DNA of 64,000 bases, taken from a virus. Taxonomy: Duplodnaviria; Caudoviricetes. The notes beneath the pieces are model-generated. The model was not told where the DNA came from and searched no databases. It saw nothing but the letters and a program-made list of their open reading frames with translations. The position numbers and the translations under genes were made by a program. The stretch covers positions 1 to 64,000 of the IMG/VR virus record IMGVR_UViG_3300037512_001142; one strand, 5' to 3'. Shown piece after piece: positions 60,201 to 64,000 of the stretch (its first letter is position 1; each line of letters starts with the position of its first letter).

Positions 60201-61163
60201 TGCGTCAATACAGTCTGCGACAGTCAAAGTCTTAGTCATGCAGATTGCACCAGAAGGGCCAAGCTGAAGTTCATCGAGAACTTCCTTATTCTGACCGATT
60301 GTAAGACCACCAGAAAGGGTCTTAAGACCGTTATTGACAAGAGCAAGCTTACTGGCAATATCAGAAACCGGTTCATAGGCACGCTGCGGACGACCTTCAT
60401 TATCATCAATCAGAATTTCTGTAATATCTTCATTCGGGCAATCGGTTACAGTGAATCGTAACTGACACTGGAATGTAACAAATTCATTCTGTTTAGCAAG
60501 CAATTCAATACCAGGACCGATATTATCGCCTTCATTTGCGGTTTCCTGAATAATTTCAGCAATACCGACAATACTTGCATCCTGACGCTGGTTAACGTTA
60601 AATGTTGCTTCCTTATTTTCAGCATACTGCTTACCGATAAGAAGAACGTGACGAATACTAATATCATTAGTGATGTCACAGTTAAGATAAGTACGGTCAA
60701 AGTTGAATGCATAAGTTCCATAACGATGACCATGAGGATCAGTCATAAGTTCCGTAGAAGGAACATAGAAAGCGCCATACAAGTGTTCCTTGTAATTAGC
60801 TGCTGCTTCCTTATATGCTGTCATCGAAGCTGGCTTAATCTGATAATCACCTGCGGCACCTTCAGGATCTGCGGAAAGTTCATAGTTAACACCACGCATG
60901 AACAATGTGACGTTTTCGCTTTCCAAAAGATATTCCATTGGAGACATATCTTTTGCTTTTGCCATACTTTCGATGTCTTCCCAGTCAGCCTGTAAACCGT
61001 TTGGACAAATAGCATTCTGTGCTTGTTTATTTGCTACAAGACTAGCCAAACCACCAACAAGTACGTAGCCTAAAATGGCAAACTTGATACCTCCAGTCTG
61101 GCTTACAAGTAGCGTTCTACCTTCTTTTGTAAAAATAAATTTACTTTTAATTGAATCGGCCAT
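57279..61163 (-). CDS. tail fibre / receptor-binding protein
   Basis: N-terminal FIFTKEGRTLL resembles baseplate-anchoring domains; long Asn/Ser/Gly beta-repeat region; GEYCKAST..QVLMGKYN trimeric-fibre-like motif. Confidence 0.7.
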   Translation of the reverse strand: MADSIKSKFIFTKEGRTLLVSQTGGIKFAILGYVLVGGLASLVANKQAQNAICPNGLQADWEDIESMAKAKDMSPMEYLLESENVTLFMRGVNYELSADPEGAAGDYQIKPASMTAYKEAAANYKEHLYGAFYVPSTELMTDPHGHRYGTYAFNFDRTYLNCDITNDISIRHVLLIGKQYAENKEATFNVNQRQDASIVGIAEIIQETANEGDNIGPGIELLAKQNEFVTFQCQLRFTVTDCPNEDITEILIDDNEGRPQRAYEPVSDIASKLALVNNGLKTLSGGLTIGQNKEVLDELQLGPSGAICMTKTLTVADCIDADDAENQFNAAALIHPINKFPDEGKEYVPQILMTSVHTTSALNEDVTAYSVGMTVKCEGRDPYKLFTESITSADAPIFKFGHVPENDKIAVDMFGLDNKINGYAKDHLIFSEFNRITDPNYNAPNVLFNSDDNTIRQGASNNDNAFYNSNRNDLSQGTSNSILFDSNDNILSGGNANRLYGAQSNKISNANNNKLLFSDVNIVNSHNNTFINSNANSATENSNNFVVIASHCNGFSGNSYENVLIKSKDNSFSGQAFNSLLLGCTSNVLLEDTKEAMMFNAKNVTLRGSYDDMILGSRWGTLYKSYFNGVYDNYTCNISESDQNSIMRSRFLGVKGLPLGSIDAAERPIKSDVQSNNNIIFRGEYFDLFSCSNNFIVDSYKLQSDDNATSRGPVRVKGSTVINSSKSKIFNARDVYLWHSEYTRIVGTSNYADNAVGLVGTSNAMGSTSELDSIYYGEFYGSDFSIKGLKGASYKNGAETLKSTSRPVDMVRLKLMFMNSFGSELNMGEYTTSLKTKRSTAYVQNAPFESQNFTLFKTSIKPTNSNIVGGHHNKFIGGKNTVILGGEYCKASTYEHQVLMGKYNKDVPADIIYGCGHFNGTTFIQGDREYTEPELETIETMHQTIDRVRGDGANKSGETCYNALEFYAHQGKMIFRNCDDGHDAGSNIVSNDFGKSVTIDPTGIIFRDRNGDVTGELIPNAVNADGGKWTIAVDLDSNGRFYVANTVGMPNNFNNLDKITFANHLFECVDLYNYTGNKGLEFSAATAVSGSLTQNALSASNELLFGKQIPSEINILIRNLKYDTEVGNTIRHRWAFVNKVMPWYRYAGQAPRYIPAQNCKLKYYYVGPYASAGASHQMTVWTPASMDTNYVCKKITYTYSAYEAHEREEALSIRYRGSIPLEEFNDNVFFSDWVPSIPVYEGTAPGSGTAGETSAPSGNYVSGGNTTRPGEITLYRANEIPSLSQMDPDGYYII

Positions 61164-61207
61164 GTATAAACCCTTATAATATCTCTTAATCTATTTATAA
61201 ATAATTC

Positions 61208-62101
61208 ATGCTGAGATATGTTTGTAAAATTTGTGGAAAAAGCTTTGAACATCATACCAAATATGGCCTCCATATCAAGAGAGACCATGGTTTTAACAAC
61301 GTAAGGGAATATTACGACAAGTTTTTCAAGAAGGAAAACGAGGGAAAATGTGCTATTTGTGGCAAACCGACCAAGTTTGACGGTGTAACCAAGGGCTATA
61401 AAGAGACATGTTCAGTCAGTTGTGCCCGAAAATTGATAAATCAGAACCAAAAAGATGAAGAGTTTCATCTAACTTGTGCCATTTGTGGGGAACAAGTAAC
61501 AGGTTCTGACGAAGCTGTAGCATCAAACAGGCTCAGAAGACACCTAAAAGAGCATCATGACTTAAATACTATCAAGGAATATTACGATAAATACCTCAAA
61601 AAGGAAAACGAAGGTATCTGTCCAATATGCGGAAAGCCAACAGAATTCAAAAGTATCAATGTTGGATATTTTACATATTGTAGTAGCGAATGTGCGGCTG
61701 AAGGAAATAAGCGAAACGAAGACAGCGAATATTCAAAACGTCAGGAAAAGAAAAAAGAAGCTGGCATATTCCAGAGAATCATTGACGGTATTAAGGAAAA
61801 ATATCAAAAGTTCATATCTGGCGGCGACAAAATGGCTAACTTCAGTGACGTTCGCCAGGATAAAATGGATGTCAAGAATATCAAGAAAGAACAAACCTTT
61901 GATAATCCCGACAATCCTGAAAAACCTATAACGGTAAAGACTGAAATTTCTTGTGTTTCTAACCCTGAATGGGTAGGAACTCAGACAGAATTCGCACCAA
62001 AAATCGAAAGTTGTACAGTAAGACCTCAAACTCGCCGAAAATATAACAGTTATTACGATATTGATGACGATCAGGGCTTCTCCTGTAATGAATGGTGCTA
62101 A
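61208..62101 (+). CDS. tandem zinc-finger protein (2 x [C2H2 + CxxC..CSxxC])
   Basis: CKICG..HIKRDH..CAICGKPT..CSVSC and CAICG..HLKEHH..CPICGKPT..CSSEC; TATAAATA-ATTC-ATG. Confidence 0.75.
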   Translation: MLRYVCKICGKSFEHHTKYGLHIKRDHGFNNVREYYDKFFKKENEGKCAICGKPTKFDGVTKGYKETCSVSCARKLINQNQKDEEFHLTCAICGEQVTGSDEAVASNRLRRHLKEHHDLNTIKEYYDKYLKKENEGICPICGKPTEFKSINVGYFTYCSSECAAEGNKRNEDSEYSKRQEKKKEAGIFQRIIDGIKEKYQKFISGGDKMANFSDVRQDKMDVKNIKKEQTFDNPDNPEKPITVKTEISCVSNPEWVGTQTEFAPKIESCTVRPQTRRKYNSYYDIDDDQGFSCNEWC

Positions 62102-62125
62102 TATTCAAGTTATAAATATAGTAGT

Positions 62126-62668
62126 ATGGAAAAAATAATCTGGCAAAGATTCTTCGAATCATTGGAAGACCCTTCTGGACAGAAGGGCTTGCGTCGTCTC
62201 GTCAATAATGCTAATATGCTGGCGAGCGGTTTCGAAGCTAACGGAATACTCAATGAAGCCGCAATGTCTCTTAGAAACTTGAAAAACAGCGGCAAAAAAA
62301 TCAACCTGTCAATGCATGACAGGAATATCGACAATATCCTAGTTTTCGTTTTTCTAAAATCGATTACTACGATTCCAAGAAAGACAAAGGCATACAAGCT
62401 CGGTCTTATCGACCGCAACGGTGCACTTATCCGCGAGCCCGTTACCAAGGAAGAAAATGACAGTATTTCGAATCTTGACCTTCTCATGTTCAAGCTTCGC
62501 GAATGGCTTAAACCGAAACTTCCATATCTTTCTTCCATTACCTGGCTCCAGAGCGTTTATAACAACCAGCGTATTCAGAACCAGCTTGCAAACACAAGCA
62601 TGTTGGCTCGTCAATACGTAGTCCGTCAAATAAATTCACAGCTAGACGATTTGTTAAGGAAGCATTAA
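62126..62668 (+). CDS. hypothetical protein of a type seen in T4-like phages
   Basis: KAYKLGLIDRNG motif; TATAAATA at 62111-62118. Confidence 0.65.
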   Translation: MEKIIWQRFFESLEDPSGQKGLRRLVNNANMLASGFEANGILNEAAMSLRNLKNSGKKINLSMHDRNIDNILVFVFLKSITTIPRKTKAYKLGLIDRNGALIREPVTKEENDSISNLDLLMFKLREWLKPKLPYLSSITWLQSVYNNQRIQNQLANTSMLARQYVVRQINSQLDDLLRKH

Positions 62669-62669
62669 A

Positions 62670-62912
62670 ATGACACCATGTCCTAATTGCCCACAGAAAC
62701 AACAGAATGATTACTTCAAGTATGGTTTTACGTTAATGAATGGTGCGATTTATTGGACCAAGATACCAGAAGTGAAACAGTGCTGTGCTATCAAAGTGAA
62801 ATTAATCGATCATACCGCCTCTAATGTTACCGTGGAATACGAAGGGAAGACTTATGTCAGGACCCGTAAGGATTTCATGGAATCGAGTTGGCGAGACATC
62901 GATTCCTATTAG
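62670..62912 (+). CDS. small hypothetical protein
   Basis: 80-aa ORF coupled to neighbours. Confidence 0.55.
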   Translation: MTPCPNCPQKQQNDYFKYGFTLMNGAIYWTKIPEVKQCCAIKVKLIDHTASNVTVEYEGKTYVRTRKDFMESSWRDIDSY

Positions 62913-62916
62913 TCTT

Positions 62917-63378
62917 ATGCAATATACAAACAAGAAACGCCTCAAAATCCAGGAAATTGAAATAAATGACGAGATAGCATCAAGTCTATTTCTGGAGTGC
63001 AACCGCTTATTTTTTGATAATAAAATCCCAGAAATACCCATAGAAATCATAGAAAGTGATACTATGAATGGTGATTTGAAATATGATGTTGACCTAAACA
63101 ACAAAACCATTTCAAATTATAGAATACAGATTTCAAAAAGTAGAAAAAGAACTAAAAAAGCGTTCATTTCTACTATGATTCATGAAATGTTGCACTATGA
63201 AGTAGTTTCTGAAATTCCTTATGAACGTATTGATGAAGCTGCTTGGTATTATCAAGAAGGCGACATGGATAAGTTCGATAAACTGTTATATAACAACAAA
63301 TATGCCCATACCGGTCTTTGGGCTGAAAAAGCCGACAATATAAATAAGTTATACGGCATTAAAATCAATAAGGCATAA
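62917..63378 (+). CDS. SprT-like zinc metalloprotease domain protein
   Basis: CNRLFFDNKIP, STMIHEMLH (HExxH), AHTGLW; probable start MQYTNK at 62917. Confidence 0.75.
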   Translation: MQYTNKKRLKIQEIEINDEIASSLFLECNRLFFDNKIPEIPIEIIESDTMNGDLKYDVDLNNKTISNYRIQISKSRKRTKKAFISTMIHEMLHYEVVSEIPYERIDEAAWYYQEGDMDKFDKLLYNNKYAHTGLWAEKADNINKLYGIKINKA

Positions 63379-63380
63379 TT

Positions 63381-63806
63381 ATGACAGTTGAAGAAGCAAT
63401 AAAAATTTTAGAAGAGAATGGAATGCAGCTCGACGAAGACTTCGGTATCGGCGTTGGTGCTCCTTGCGGTTTAGACCAAGGAATTCCACATGGCGGTGAC
63501 GGTAAAGGTTGTTGTCCGCAACGCATGGGACTCATGTTCCATCGTTCGCCATTTTCTGTAAATCCGTTCTTTGCTGGTGTTCCGAATGCACATCATCCGC
63601 AATACTGGCTCAATCAGATTTCAAAGAAAAAGAAGAAAAAGAAAAAGAGAAAACTCAAGGAAAGTTTCTCCGTTATTGGTACATATAACGATGATAACGA
63701 AAAAGTTTATGAATTTGACGACGGTACTTACATCCGTGAAAACATGGACGGTACCATTACTGTTGTTGATGAAGATGGAGAATCTCGTTCCTATCTATTA
63801 GACTAA
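63381..63806 (+). CDS. tagged small protein containing a copy of the mature capsid N-terminal segment and a poly-Lys tract
   Basis: MTVEEAIKILEENGMQLDE-DFGIGVGAPCGLDQGIPHGGDGKG..KKKKKKKKRKLKE-S. Confidence 0.8.
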   Translation: MTVEEAIKILEENGMQLDEDFGIGVGAPCGLDQGIPHGGDGKGCCPQRMGLMFHRSPFSVNPFFAGVPNAHHPQYWLNQISKKKKKKKKRKLKESFSVIGTYNDDNEKVYEFDDGTYIRENMDGTITVVDEDGESRSYLLD

Positions 63807-63807
63807 T

Positions 63808-64000
63808 ATGGAAGTTAAAGCAGAACAGTTAAATATTCTTTTGAATGCGATTAAAGACATCGTAAGGTCGAATCATTGCCCTGAATGGGTTGCTTCGAGA
63901 CTCACTGCTGCCGTTAAAGCTGCAAAAGAATATAGAAGTAGTGAACCATCGCCGGCTAGTTCGACTAGCCAGTATGTAGTGGACGAAACTATACGTCCAT
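63808..64000 (+). CDS. hypothetical protein (partial, runs off the window)
   Basis: ATG 63808, MEVKAEQLNILLNAIKDIVRSNHCPEWV..., open to the end of the window. Confidence 0.55.
   Translation, partial: MEVKAEQLNILLNAIKDIVRSNHCPEWVASRLTAAVKAAKEYRSSEPSPASSTSQYVVDETIRP

Noticed and set aside
1-64000. tRNA or other structured RNA genes
   Set aside because: Intergenic gaps are short (under about 200 nt) and explained by promoters and terminators; no cloverleaf or T-loop motif was found by eye
1-64000. Stop-codon reassignment as in some large gut phages
   Set aside because: Conserved genes (gp23, gp18, gp20, nrdD) are full length in the standard code, and the terL truncation is at TAA and explained by an intein fragment

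Overview
This 64-kb window is the virion-morphogenesis region of a large, AT-rich T4-like myophage. It is probably from an anaerobic gut or rumen habitat; an FCB-group host such as Fibrobacter is an inference. It encodes anaerobic RNR (nrdD/nrdG, with a SemiSWEET-type transporter between them), SufE, UvsW, glycosyltransferase-like genes and recognisable gp25, gp53, gp7-like, gp15, gp5, gp17 (N-half), gp21, gp23, gp22, gp19, gp18, gp20, two gp6 paralogs, a tape measure and a tail fibre. These are scattered over both strands as small units bounded by T4-type late promoters (TATAAATA) and hairpin terminators. Main observations: (1) the large terminase is only the ATPase half, ending in a 36-aa atypical split-intein N-fragment, with no IntC/nuclease half within about 31 kb on either side; (2) a small orphan protein (63381-63806) carries a 21/25-identical, synonymously diverged copy of the predicted mature N-terminus of the major capsid protein; (3) several unrelated small proteins share an N-terminal leader that looks like a capsid-targeting, protease-cleavable tag; (4) late genes fall into two classes, about a dozen with TATAAATA-N4-ATG (apparently leaderless, many baseplate genes) versus leadered SD genes (capsid, scaffold, sheath, tube); (5) a 1397-aa late protein has 13 DnaJ-type zinc-finger motifs, and a tube-fold protein is fused to CW_7 peptidoglycan-binding repeats. 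Family calls come from recognising motifs by eye; no database searches were run.
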